This document shows, in pieces, positions 29,242 to 41,019 of a DNA stretch of 64,000 bases. The notes beneath the pieces were generated by a model, which saw only the letters and a list, made by a program, of their open reading frames with translations, was not told where the DNA came from and searched no databases. The DNA lies in NCBI GenBank assembly GCA_030390025.1, contig JASTWF010000235.1:310001-374000 (forward strand), in the 5' to 3' direction. The position numbers and the translations under genes were made by a program. Numbering within the stretch: position 1 is the first letter of the stretch; every line of letters begins with the position of its first letter. The stretch comes from Squalus acanthias. Its lineage: Eukaryota.

Positions 29242-29808
29242 ATAGAAATATAGAAGATAGGAGCAGGAGTAGGCCATTCGGCCCCTCGAGCCTGCTCCGC
29301 CATTTAATGAGATCATGGCTGATCATCCAAATTCAGTACCCTGTCCCTGCTTTCTCCACATATCCCTTGATTTCTTTAGCCTTAAGAAATATATATAACT
29401 CCTTCTTGAATATATTTAATGAATTGGCCTCAACTGCCTTTCGTGGTAGAGAATTCCACAGGTTCACCACTCTCTGGGTGAAGCAACTCCTCCTCATCTC
29501 AGTCCTAAATGGCTTACCCCTTATCCTTAGACTGTGACACCCTGGTTCTGGACTCCCCCGCCATCGGGAACATCCTTCCTGCATCTAGTCTGTCTAGTCC
29601 TGTCAGAAATGTATAAGTTTCATTGAGATCCCCTCTCATTCTTCTAAACTCTAGCGAATACAAGCCCAATCGACCCAATCTCTCTTCATACATCATTCCT
29701 GCCATCCCAGGTATCAGTCTGGTGAATCTTCGCTGCACACCCTCCATGGCAAGAACATCCTTCCTCAGATAAGCCGACCAAAAGTGCACACAATACTCAA
29801 GGTTTGGT
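29242..29808 (-). mobile_element. CR1 LINE 3' fragment inserted in satellite B
   Basis: Minus ORFs [13 protein letters not shown] and FTQRVVNLWNSLP, plus the CR1 3' UTR. Confidence 0.92.
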
Positions 29809-30118
29809 ATCCGTTCCTGACTGAACCAGACCCGCCCTCACCAGCCGCTGTACCAGACTGAACGATATGCTCTTTCACTGGTCCATGTCCCAGACAGAAC
29901 CATAGTCACACGGCGACTGCTGTCCCAGTCTGAACCAGACCCTCACTCATCGACTACTATCCCAGACTGAACCAGACCCGCACTCCCCAGTCCCCATCCC
30001 AGACTGAGCCAGACCCACCCTCACCAGTCCCTTTCCCAGATTGTACCAGACCAACCCTCACCAGTCCCCATCCCAGTCAAGACCAGACCCTCTCACACCA
30101 GCCCCTCACCAGCCCCTG
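29809..30118. repeat. Satellite B, degenerate right edge
   Basis: Diverged 37-bp monomers. Confidence 0.85.
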
Positions 30119-30558
30119 ATTAGAGATTTCTCCCCTCTACCGAAACAGAATAACTGCATATTTCTCATAATGTCTACATCATTAAAGCAATAGATCATTA
30201 TATAATTTTATAAAGAGGCCACGTGTAAGTGTGCGTGCGTCACCCTCAGTGATCCGGGTACCAGTTCCACATGGGAACAAAGCACTGACCAGGATTATCT
30301 ACTTTACAACTTCCGCAATAACTATATCCTAATAGTACTTTTAATTCATTATCACTGACAGTGTCACCGATCGTGCTGATCTATAGTCAGGAGATTACAG
30401 TTAACTGTATATTTATGTATAATATATCATTCAAGAAGTTTTAACTTGAAGGACAATGTTTCATACAGAGAATATGTAATCCTATCTGGTCCACAGTACT
30501 TGCAGGTGGATGCAATGGTTTGGTATATAGCTATAGTGTAACAAGTATTAGAGTGAAA

Positions 30559-30915
30559 GGCGCTCGGTGATGGTCCGGCTGAGCACTGATGTGTTCAGGG
30601 TTGGTGGGGAGGGTGATGTGAGGGATTGGAACAGATTGTGGCAGATGCACCGGCAGGCCCTGATCAACATCCTGCAGGGCGCTCAGTGATGGTCCGGGTG
30701 ATCACTGATGTGTTCAGGGTTGGTGGGGAAGGGTGATGTGAGGGGCTGGAACAGATTATGGCAGAGGCACCGGCAGGCCCTGATCAACATCCTGCAGGGC
30801 GCTCGGTGATGGTCCCGGTGGTCACTGATGTGTTCAGGGTTGGTGGGGAGGGTGATGTGAGGGGCTGGAACAGGTTGTGTCAGAGGCACCGGCAGGCCCT
30901 GTTCACCGACATGTA
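30559..30915. repeat. Tandem repeat, 3 copies of ~119-120 bp
   Basis: Copies start GGCGCTC at 30559, 30678 and 30798. Confidence 0.9.
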
Positions 30916-31079
30916 AGGCGCGGAGGAATGACAAGAATATCGCTGACAAAAACAACACCATCGCTCCGAATGACATTTACTTCAGTCTCAACACTATTGA
31001 CATCCCGGGAAATATAAACAGATGAGTTACTAAACCAGGTGACTGTTCCCAGGTAACTTTATCCTGTTTGTCCCACCCA

Positions 31080-31455
31080 GAGACTTCAGCACACATTCTA
31101 GGCTGACCCTCCAGTCAGTACTGAGGGAGAGCTGCACTGTCCGAAGTGAGGTCTCTCGGATGAGACGTTAAACCGAGGCCCCGTTCTCTTGCTCAGATGG
31201 GTGTAAAAGATTCCATGGCATTATTTCGAAGAAGACCAAGGGAGTTCTCCCCGATGTCCTGCTCATAAATTATCCCTGAAAAAATATCACTAAAGCAGAT
31301 TATCTGTTAATTTGTCTCATTGCTGTTTGTGGGACCTTACTGTGCCTAAATTATCTGATTGTTTCCTATATCACAACATTTCCAAAAATGTACTTCAGCG
31401 GCTGTAAAGCGATTTGGGCCTCCAAGAAAGGCGATATATAAATGCAGTCTTTCTT
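31080..31455 (+). mobile_element. Deu-domain SINE (SacSINE1/AmnSINE1-like), head-truncated
   Basis: Core GGATGAGACGTTAAACCGAGGCCCCGT and tail ATATAAATGCA; homologous to the copy at 53300. Confidence 0.8.
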
Positions 31456-31635
31456 TAGTCGCTTTTTCCACATGCCTGATATCATTGATTTCATTACCAA
31501 CAACATTCACACTATTCTCAAAACAATAACCGCTGCACTAATCTATCCCTTATACCAACACAGTACAAGCAAGGGCGGTAATCAATACCAATTAATCCTC
31601 ATCCAAGTCATGCAATACCTAATTTATCACATTAA

Positions 31636-32300
31636 TAGAATCATATAATCATTCTACACAGTAAGAGGCCATTCGGACCATCGTCCCTGTGCCGACTCTC
31701 TGAAAGAGCTATTCAATTAGTCCCACTACCCTGCTCTTTCCCCAATGTCCTGTAAATGTTTCCTTTTTAACTAAATATCCAATTCCTTTTAGAAAGTTAC
31801 AATTGAATCTGCTTCCACCACTCTTTCAGGCAGTACATTCCAGATCACAACAACTCGCTGTGGAAAAACAAATCACCTCATCTCCCCACTGGGTTTTTTT
31901 AATCAAATTTCTTAAATCTGTGTCCTCCGGTTACCGACCCTCCTTTCAGTGGAAACTGTTTAATTCTATCTACCCTATCAAAAGCCCTAATAATTTTGAA
32001 CACCTCTATTAAATCTCCCCTTGACCTTCATTACTGTAAGAGGAACAATCCCAGCTTCTCTATTCTCTCCACGTAACTGAATTCCCTCATCCCTGGGCCC
32101 ATTCTGGTAAATCTCCTCGGCATCATCTTCAAGGTATTGACATATTTTCGAAAGTGTGATGCCCAGAAGTGGATACATTACTCCAGCTTAGACCTAATCA
32201 CTGATTTATAATGATTTAGCATAACTTCGTTGCTTTTGTACTCTATACCGCTTTAAAAAAAAACAAAGAACAAATATGTTTTATTGACAGCCTTCTCAAC
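31636..32300 (-). mobile_element. Old CR1 3' fragment (appears to resume at ~33810-33880)
   Basis: Degenerate CR1 3' UTR and RT tail similarity to the element at 12318. Confidence 0.7.
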
Positions 32301-32301
32301 T

Positions 32302-33808
32302 TAGAAACATAGAAACATTAAAAAATAGGCGCAGGAATAGGCCATTCGGCCCTTCGAGCCTGCTCCGCCATTCGGTATGAACATGGCTGATCCTCTATCT
32401 CAATACCATTTTCCCGCTCTCTCCACATAGCCCTTGATCCCTTTTGTGTCTATAAATCAATCTATCTCCTTCTTAAATATATTCAGTGACTTGGCATCCA
32501 CAGCCTGCTGTGGTCAAGAATTCTATAGCTTCACCACCCTCTGAGTGAAGAAATGTCTCCTCATCTCAGTCCTAAATGTCCTACCCGGTATCCTGAGACT
32601 GTGACCCCTCGTTGTAGACCCCCCCCCCCAGCCAGGGGAAACATCCTCCCTGCATCCAGTCTGTCTAGCCCTGTCAGAACTTTATACGTTTCAATGAGAT
32701 CCCCTCTCATTCTTCTAAACTCTTTTGAATACAGGCCTAGTCGACCCAATCTCTCCTCGTACGACAGTCCCACCATCCCGGGAATCAGTCTGGTGAACCT
32801 TCGCTGCACTCCCTCTATGGCAAATATATCCTTTCTTAGGTAAGGAGACCAAAACTGCACACAGTACTCCAGGTGTGGTCGCACCAAGGCCTTTTATAAC
32901 TGTAGTAAAAGATCCTTGCTCCTGGACTCAAATCCTCTTGCAATGAAGGCCAACATACCATTTGCCTTCCTAACAGCTTGCTGCACCTGCATGTTTGCTT
33001 TCAGTGACTGATGTACAAGGACACCCAGGTCCCTTTGTACATCAACATTTCCCAATCTATCACCATTTAAAGAATACTCTGCCTTTCTGTTTTTCTATCG
33101 AAGTGGATAACTTCACATTTATCCAAGTTATACTGCATCTGCCATGTATTTGCCCACTCAATCAACTTATCTAAATCGCCTTGAAGCTTCTTTGCATCCT
33201 CCTCACAAATCACAATTCCACCTAATTTTGTTTCGTCAGCAAACTTGGAAATATTACGTTTGGTTCTCTCATCCAAATCATTGATATATATTGTGAATAG
33301 CTGGGACCCCAGCATGGATCCCTGCGTTACCCCACTAGTCACCGCCTGCCACCCGACAAAGATCCATTTATTCCTACTCTCTGTTTCCTGTCTGTTAACC
33401 AATTTTCAATCCATGCCAGTATATTACCCCCAATCCCATGTGCTTTAATTTTGCGCATTAATCTATTATGTGGGACTTTATCGAACGCCTTCTGAAAATC
33501 CAAATACACCACATCCACTAGTTCTCCCTTATCTATTCTACTAGTTACATCCTCAAAAAACTCCAGTAGGATTGTCAAACACCATTTCCCTTTCATAAAT
33601 CCAGGTTGACTTTTTTCTAATCCCCTTGATATTCTCTAAGTGTCCTGTTACCACATCCTTTATAATAGAAACCAGCATTTTCCCTACTTCTGATGTTAGG
33701 CTAACCGTTCTTTACTTCCCTATTTTCTCTCCCTCCTGTTTTAAATAGTGGGGTTACATTTGCCACCCTCCAATCTGTAGAAACTGTTCCATGATCTATA
33801 GAATTTTT
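32302..33808 (-). mobile_element. CR1 fragment (RT domain to 3' tail), nested in an older CR1
   Basis: Minus ORFs [16 protein letters not shown] and [11 protein letters not shown]; tail TAGAAACATAGAAACA. Confidence 0.88.
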
Positions 33809-34602
33809 GTTTTCCCACTTCACAGATTAGTGTGTGTTAATCCCCAGGTCTCTTGGTCTTGCACCCCCTATAAAATTCATCCCTTAACATTGCCGATATT
33901 TATCACTGCATTCTCCCGACCGCCCCCTCAGTGTCACACAGCAGCGTTTGATCATTTTGTCATGATGAACCATATGGACCTTCTTGGAGATGTCAGTTTT
34001 GGTGTCATTACATTGCACCTTTCTCTGTTTCCTGTTTTCTGCTCATCTCCACCAACCCGCTCTAAGATTGCATGGTTCAGAAGAAATCTGACCAGATCTG
34101 TCGATTTTTGCTGCAGGTGTTGACCTGCTCAACATGGGGCGGGTTCGCCCCCAATTTTCATAATGACTTATGTTTTGTTGTCTGCAGGAAATCAGATTTA
34201 AGATGTTAGTCACAAGTGCTGCCTAACCTAAAGAATCCATTTACTAATAAAGATTTTACACTAATCAATTCAGCTGAAGTGCGATCAGTTGATAGACAGC
34301 CAGCAAGAGTTGTTACTATGTGGTTTAACCTGTGTACCATTCAGTAAAAACACTTATTTCGGATCTAATTTTTAGGAGTAAAACCTTGTTAGTTTGCTCT
34401 CAGCTCGCAGAATGCAAGTTACTGAGCCGTAACTGAGCACTGGTCCCAGACCAGCCATCTGTAGCGTGTCGGCAGATTGTGACCTACAGCCGAATAATAC
34501 AAGTACTGGTTTCGAGAAACATTGGAAATGTTAGTTCCTGGCTATGCTGTGCGATTTCTTTGCAATGCTTTGACCTATTCCCAAGGTCATTCTTATTTTA
34601 GT

Positions 34603-34745
34603 ACATAAGAACATTAGAAATAGGAGCAGGAGTGGGCCATTCGGCCCCTCAAGCCTGCTCCGCCATTCAATAAGATCATGGCTGATCTGATCTTGGCCTC
34701 AACTCCACTTCCCTGCCCGCTCCCCATAACCCTTGACTCCCATAT
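34603..34745 (-). mobile_element. Short CR1 3' UTR / SINE-tail fragment
   Basis: AGGAGCAGGAGTGGGCCATTCGGCCCCTCAAGCCTGCTCCGCCATTCAAT matches the CR1 tails elsewhere in the window. Confidence 0.8.
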
Positions 34746-35544
34746 CGTTCATTAGTAGTCGTCAGTCTGTGCTTCCCATCAATAATACATGACCGATCCA
34801 CTGTTAGTCGCTCGCTGAATGACGCTGTATTCGTTTAAGCTCCCAAATATGTTAGGTACTTTTCTCAACCATTTTCCAGAAAGAAATTGCAGAACTGAGA
34901 TGTTTAACAAACGGCTCTTCTAACTTATCTCCAAAATTATCGGACCTTAACGTCGACTCGCTTTAAGACAAATTCTGCCTGAAATGATGTCAGAGGAACT
35001 GAACCATTTGAATCTGGGCTCGGTTCTCGCCGTTTCAGCCATAACTTGGAATGTGTATTTCACAAACAGCCTAAAGCTCACTTACTTTAAACCCAGTGAT
35101 ATGGACAGAAAGTAGAACAGCTTTAGATATATAACATCATCTTTTTCCGTGTCTGACACAAGCCGATTGTATTTTACTAAATTGAGAAGATTGTTCGGGA
35201 TGGTGACTGATGTGAGGAAAGAATTATCATTTTTAGTTGATGATATGGAAGCGGGAGGTCATGGCGATCACACACAACGAATGAGTCAGTTCCTTGTTTT
35301 AGTTCCCGTATGATATGGAAACTTCAGGCTATAAGTGAGATCGGGGCGAACCCCGCCTGTGAGTTGCGGTGAAAGCCGTCAACATTGATTGGATGGACTC
35401 AAGTCAGCATTTACTTGTTAAACACCATTGGGATTGAAACGACAGCGACACTGTTTATCAATTGATTTGTTTTATTTTATTACATTATAAAAATGTAATC
35501 TATATTAGCACACGAGCGAATGGAACAATAAACTTCATTAAATG

Positions 35545-35645
35545 TAAAAGAATTTGTACAGCGCATTCCACCACCTCATGACGTCCCAAAGTGTTTCACA
35601 GCCACTGAAGCTCTTTCTGTCGTCACTGTTGTATAAGAAACATGT
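35545..35645 (-). mobile_element. Deu-SINE tail fragment
   Basis: GACGTCCCAAAGTGTTTCACAGCC resembles the SINE tail at 45225-45250. Confidence 0.5.
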
Positions 35646-36189
35646 TTATATATTGTTAAAGTCCCAACATTTGGGTTAAGAGACGAGGTGGTGGTTCACT
35701 TGGACCTGTATTCCTTGATGTTTATTCACAGAGCAACATTCAAAAATCACAAGTGTTCAGTGCAACTTGGCCACTGAATCGTTATTCCTGAAATAAAGTT
35801 GTTTATCTTTAGCCATGGGACAGCGTGCCCTTGCAGTAGAGTTTCTGCTTGGTTCATACGCGAGAAATGATTACTTGGATTAGGTATCCTAGACCTGGGA
35901 GCGCCCATGGAACCTCAGTCCAGACAGAGTTAGTGCGTTCTGGAGAAGATGGGAACATTCTGCAGCAGTATTGCTTTGGACTGATGAGGTTGTTGACATC
36001 AGTGTTCGGGGTGAACGCTGCAAGGGGGGGCTGGCCCTAATTATATATATCCAATGCGGGTAAATTTAGTGTTAGTTCCAATATGAACATGAAACTGAGG
36101 GGATTAACAATACTGAGCATGAACCTGCGGAGTGTGTCAGTGCTCCTGTCACTGGATTTGTGAAAAGGCTGAAGTTAGTGGTATACAGT

Positions 36190-36485
36190 ACAGACATAAG
36201 CAAAAGTGAGAGAGGAATTCGATTCTTCTACCTCATCCTTCCTTAGAAATTCCAACTGCCTATTGTATGATTTAAATATCTTGCTCACACTTCCCTCCCG
36301 GAAGTGCTTCCGAGAGATTGGTCATTCTTTGTGTACAGAAGTCTTTTCTTACGTCAGTCCTGAACTTGCCTCTTACCAGATTGTCCCTGTGTCTCATTGG
36401 CCAGCAGTCATGATATAACTTGAAGTAAAGCTCGGCTTTCTTATGCCACTTATACACGCGCCTCTTTAATGACCAAACAATCCAG
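36190..36485 (-). mobile_element. Degraded CR1 3' fragment
   Basis: Minus ORF ...RGKFRTDVRKDFCTQRMTNL. Confidence 0.65.
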
Positions 36486-36497
36486 CATTTCCTGATC

Positions 36498-36910
36498 TTT
36501 GCTCATAACACGGCTCTCTGACAGTGGAGATAACCTCGGTGACCCAACTTTGCTCATAACCCGGCCCTGTGACAGTGGAGATAACTTCGGTGACCCTATT
36601 TTGCTCATAGTCCGGCCCTTTGACAGTGGAGATAATCTCGGTGACACTACTTTGCTCATAGCCTGGCCCTCTGACAGTGGAAATAACCTCGGTGACCCAA
36701 CTTTTCTCATAACCCGGCCCTCTGACAGTGCAGATAACCTCGGTGACCCAACTTTGCTCATAACCCGGCCCTCTGACAGTGCAGATAACCTCGGTGACCC
36801 AACTTTGCTCATAACCCGGCCCTCTGACAGTGCAGATAACCTCGGTGACCCTATTTTGCTCGTAGCTCGGCCCTCTGACAGTGGAGATAACCTCGGTGAC
36901 CCTACTTTGC
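36498..36910. repeat. Minisatellite, 51-bp unit, ~8 copies
   Basis: Unit TTGCTCATAACCCGGCCCTCTGACAGTGCAGATAACCTCGGTGACCCAACT; 17-aa periodicity in three ORFs. Confidence 0.95.
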
Positions 36911-37409
36911 ACCGCCCCCAGTGTTTGGACCTTTCTTTAGCGCCAAGATGACTCGAACTGAAATCTGTGTCCAAGGCGTGACCTGATCGGCTCACTGTGC
37001 AGCATAAACGTGAACGTCTTCAAACCGTGCCTCACTGAGATGGCAATCTTGCTCAGTATTCAGTTTCTTTCTTAAAAATGGCTCAGTTCTCTAACATATT
37101 TCTAGGGACCATTGCTCATCTTTAGCACCTGCCTGGGAAGAATCGGCTGGGTAACTGTAAGGAACATCGGGCAGGGAGAATCACCACCAATCGAAGTAGG
37201 AAGAAAATCGGCCCGGCTCCTCCACCAATGTGCGATCCTTTCCTCCTGAATTTCCTCTCTCCGCTGGCGATACTTTAAGCCCAGACCCTGACTACACAAT
37301 CCTACCTCCCATATATTTCAGCTTTCTTCCCAGAGAGTCATATATCATCAAGTAAACATGTTCTGCATTTTACATTAAATTGTATTTAGTTGTCTTACAA
37401 TTAATGTGT

Positions 37410-37785
37410 CGTAGAGGTGTTGAAAATCATGAACTATTTAGATAGATTAAATAAAGATCAGCTGTTTCCAATGGCTGAAGGGTCGATAACCAGAGGATAC
37501 AGATTTAAGGTGATTGGCAAAAGAACCAGAGGTGACACGAGGAAAAAACAATTTACACAACGAGTGGTTAGGATTTGGAACGCACTGCCTGATAGGCTGG
37601 TGGATACAGATTCAATAGTAGCCTTCAAAATGGAATTGGATAAATACTTGAAGGAGAAAACATTGCAGGGATATGAGGAAAGAGCAGGGGAGTGGGACTA
37701 ACTGGATTGCTCTTCGAAAGACCTGGCACAGACCCGATGGGCCGAACAGCCTCCTTCTGTGCGGTACTATTCGTTGATTCTATGA
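37410..37785 (+). mobile_element. CR1 3' fragment
   Basis: ORF ...FTQRVVRIWNALP...FKMELDKYL...GYEERAGEW followed by the 3' UTR. Confidence 0.85.
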
Positions 37786-38589
37786 CTCTAGTCCGGCTCA
37801 CAGTAAAATATTACTTAGGATCTCCTGTAACCCACGGATTGTGCAATTAGATTCTTAACTATGTCATTTTATCTGCGATTTGCACCAACTTACATTACTT
37901 TCTGAATTGGAACCACTTGTAAAATGTAGAAATATTGACTCCCATCCCTGGGGCACTCAACACATCTTCTCAAAACCAAATCAGTCCCAAAACCAGTACC
38001 AGACTCTTACCCACTTTTATCCAAATGCTGACCCAGCTCCAGGTGTTACCGATGACACCGCTGGAAAAGAAATGGAGGCAGGTGTGAAACGGGCTGCCGA
38101 ATCGTTATCACCCGCCTTTCGCCCAGCATTCAGTAAACATTAGCCTCCCCCGGGGTTTTACTCCAGTGTTACAGTCTTTGATGTGGAACTTCACGGAAAG
38201 CTTTGTGGGAGCCGAGTATACGTCATCACCAGGCTTCCCAACATTCACTGTGTGTGTCATTGCATCACAAAAGGAGTTTGGTGAGGCAGGTATTTGATTT
38301 GCAATACTATACCGGCTACCAATTACTAAGTGTTCTTTCCTACAGACGATGCTCAAGTTTGTTCCGAACGACAGACTCTGTGAGATACGTTTTCCAGGGC
38401 CTACGACTAGGCGCCTCAAACACTGGACAGTCGGGCTGGGTCCATCAAAGTTGTGCGCCTGCGCTCTGCCTGATTGGCCAGTGCCCAGGTGATCACAATG
38501 GCCTCAGGCAGCGGACCGAGGCATCTACAACTGTTACTTTAACAGTGATGTAAGGCTTATTATACCACATTTCTTGAACATAGCTATAG

Positions 38590-38711
38590 GGGCTAGAAAT
38601 TCGTCTTGGGCAGTGACTGCAATGGAACTAAATATCAGGCGCTGCGTGTAAGGGGCAGGCCGATCCAATACCGCCCGTTTTGCGCCACCGCCCGAGACGA
38701 ATTTCTAGGCC
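38590..38711. mobile_element. MITE-like element (PIF/Harbinger-like), ~30-bp imperfect TIRs, 3-bp TAG flanks
   Basis: Left end GGGCTAGAAATTCGTCTTGGGCAGTG versus reverse complement of the right end GGCCTAGAAATTCGTCTCGGGCGGTG. TAG at 38587-38589 and 38712-38714. Confidence 0.7.
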
Positions 38712-39949
38712 TAGCTTTTCTTTCTGCAACGCAGAAGGATTTCCCTGCATCACCTGATTCCCTCATGATAGACTCTGCACTGGCTAGCTTTCATCTCTTG
38801 TGCCACTGAGCATTGTCGCGTATGTAACGACCTTCCCTGGAAATGCATCGCTTTGGAGAGCTGAAGTCTGTATAGACAGCCCTTACAAATGATAGGTTCT
38901 GGTTGATAGATGCAAGGTGATGTAATGTCTTGTACTGACTTGTCAGAACCTTTAGGCAGTAGCGTTCCTCCAGGTATTGAGGGTGTTCAAGACTATCATT
39001 GTATAGATTTACCAGATGTCTCGATCTTGACTGAACGGCAGGAGATCTTTGGCACCACAGCCGAGTGGGTCACAATTTATCATTCAGGGACTGTATTTCT
39101 GACCGACTCTCCTAATCCAGGGACACCCCATCCCCACCACTCTGCTGATTGAGATAGGATGTGAAAGCCTACTTATCTACAGATCAGACACGAAGACTCA
39201 ACGTCTGATCCTTACGCTCTCGTTCGGTTTCAAATTGATTGCAATGGATTCGGGATCAGAGTGATGAATCTGCTAATGCACCTGCAGTTTGAGATATTTA
39301 GGAGTGGATTAATTGAGCTACGAATATATTAACATCTTAAAGCACGGGATAGTGAAGGGCCATTGAGCACATGGGGACTATTCCTTCCGCAGATTAAGCA
39401 CAATGGATTGATACCAGATCATTAAACTACAAGTCAGTACCATTAATTCTAACTTCGGATAGATCGTAGAATTTAAGGGCACTGAGAGACAACAGCAGAT
39501 CTAACCTGCTCTTCTTCAAAACGTACCACTATATATTGGACATGCGTCTGAGTCTCGGTATAACAGCTCTTGCGAAAGCCTAACGGCCTTCGAACATCCG
39601 TTGAAAGGCCTCCCTTAGCTACATCATTAATCCTTGAGCGCAAAATTGCGAGTCGATTAGCGTCCGTTAAATTCTACCCCACTAAGAAACAGCAAAGGAT
39701 GCAAGACTCTGGAGGAAGTTGTCTACAGACCTCTTGAAGGCGGTGATGTCATAGCGGGATGCATAAATACGGAGATCAGAGAAGCATGTAACAAAGGAAA
39801 ACTGCCTATAATGGGAGATTTTAATTTACAGAGACTGTGAGATGCAAAACAGCTCAAGTCGTAAAGGCAATGAATTTCTAAAGTGTATCCAGGACAATTT
39901 TATGAAGCATTGCGGACAAGGGAAAAGGCCAAACTAGATTTGTTGATAT

Positions 39950-41010
39950 GAACATAGGAACTGAACCAAGCCATTTAGCTCCTCGCGCCTCTTCCGTCAT
40001 TCAATGAGATCATGGCTGATCTGTGACCTAACTCCATATACCTGCCTTTGGCTCACATCCCCTAACACCTTTGGTTAACACAAATCTCTCAATCTCAGAT
40101 TTAAATTTAACAACTGATCGAGCATCAAAAGCCATTTGCGGAAGCGAGTTCCAGACCTCTACCATTCTTTGTGTGTAGAAATGTTTTCGAACTTCACACC
40201 TGAAAGGTCTGGCTATAACTTTTAGAAACATAGAAACTAGGAGCAGGAGTAGGCCATTCGGCCCGTCGAGCCTGCTCCACCATTCAATACGATCATGGCT
40301 GATCATCCAAATCCAGTACCCTGTCCCTGCTTTAATCCCTACAGTACACATATCCCACCCTACCCCCGTAACCCCACATATTTAATTCCCCCTAACATAT
40401 CCCATCCTATCCCCATAACCCCACACCCTAACACTAAGGGTCAATTTATCATAGCCAAATCAACCTAACCCGCACATTTTTCGATTATGGGAGGAAACCG
40501 GAGCACCCGGAGGAAACCCACGCAGACACAGGGAGAATGTGCAAACTCCACACAGACAGTTACCCGAGGTCAGATTCGAACCCGGGTTCCTGGCGCTGTG
40601 AGGTACCATTGCTAACCACTATGCCACTGTGTTGCCCATTTTAGGTTATGTCTCCTAGTCCTAGACGCCACAACTAACGGAAATAGTTTGTATCTATCTA
40701 CTCTATCTGTTCCACTTAATATCTTGAAAACTTCACTCAAATCTCCCCTTAACCTTCTAAATTCCAGGCAATACAACTCGAGTTTGTATAATCTCTCCTC
40801 GTAATTTAACCATTTGGAATCGGGGTATAATTCTCGTAAACCTACGCTGTACTTCCTCCAGGCCAATATATACTTCCTAAGGTGTGGTGCCCAGAACTGC
40901 TCACAGTGCTCCAGCTATGGTCTAACCACAGCTTTGTAGCATGACTTCTAACCCCCTGTATTCCATATCTTCTAGATATAAAGGCCAGCATTCCATTAGC
41001 GTTTTTGATT
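39950..41010 (-). mobile_element. CR1 3' fragment interrupted by a SINE
   Basis: Minus ORFs YEERL...LEFRRLRGDL and HFYTQRMVEVWNSLP on either side of the SINE. Confidence 0.8.
40226..40638 (-). mobile_element. Full-length tRNA-derived V-SINE (HE1-like) with CR1-derived tail and TTTTAG TSD
   Basis: Minus strand reads TGGCATAGTGG (A box), GGTTCGAATC (B box), the V-domain TGTGTGGAGTTTGCACATTCTCCC...GGGTTTCCTCCGGGTGCTCCGGTTTCCTCCCA, then a CR1-type tail. TTTTAG at 40220-40225 and 40639-40644. Confidence 0.88.
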
Positions 41011-41019
41011 CTTTTTAGT

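Noticed and set aside
1-30118. CRISPR-like array interpretation
   Set aside because: Head-to-tail monomers with no unique spacers, vertebrate context and no cas genes.
34060-34125. KIAWFRRN resembling VNAR FR2 WFRKN
   Set aside because: No flanking Cys/FR1/FR3 pattern; likely chance.
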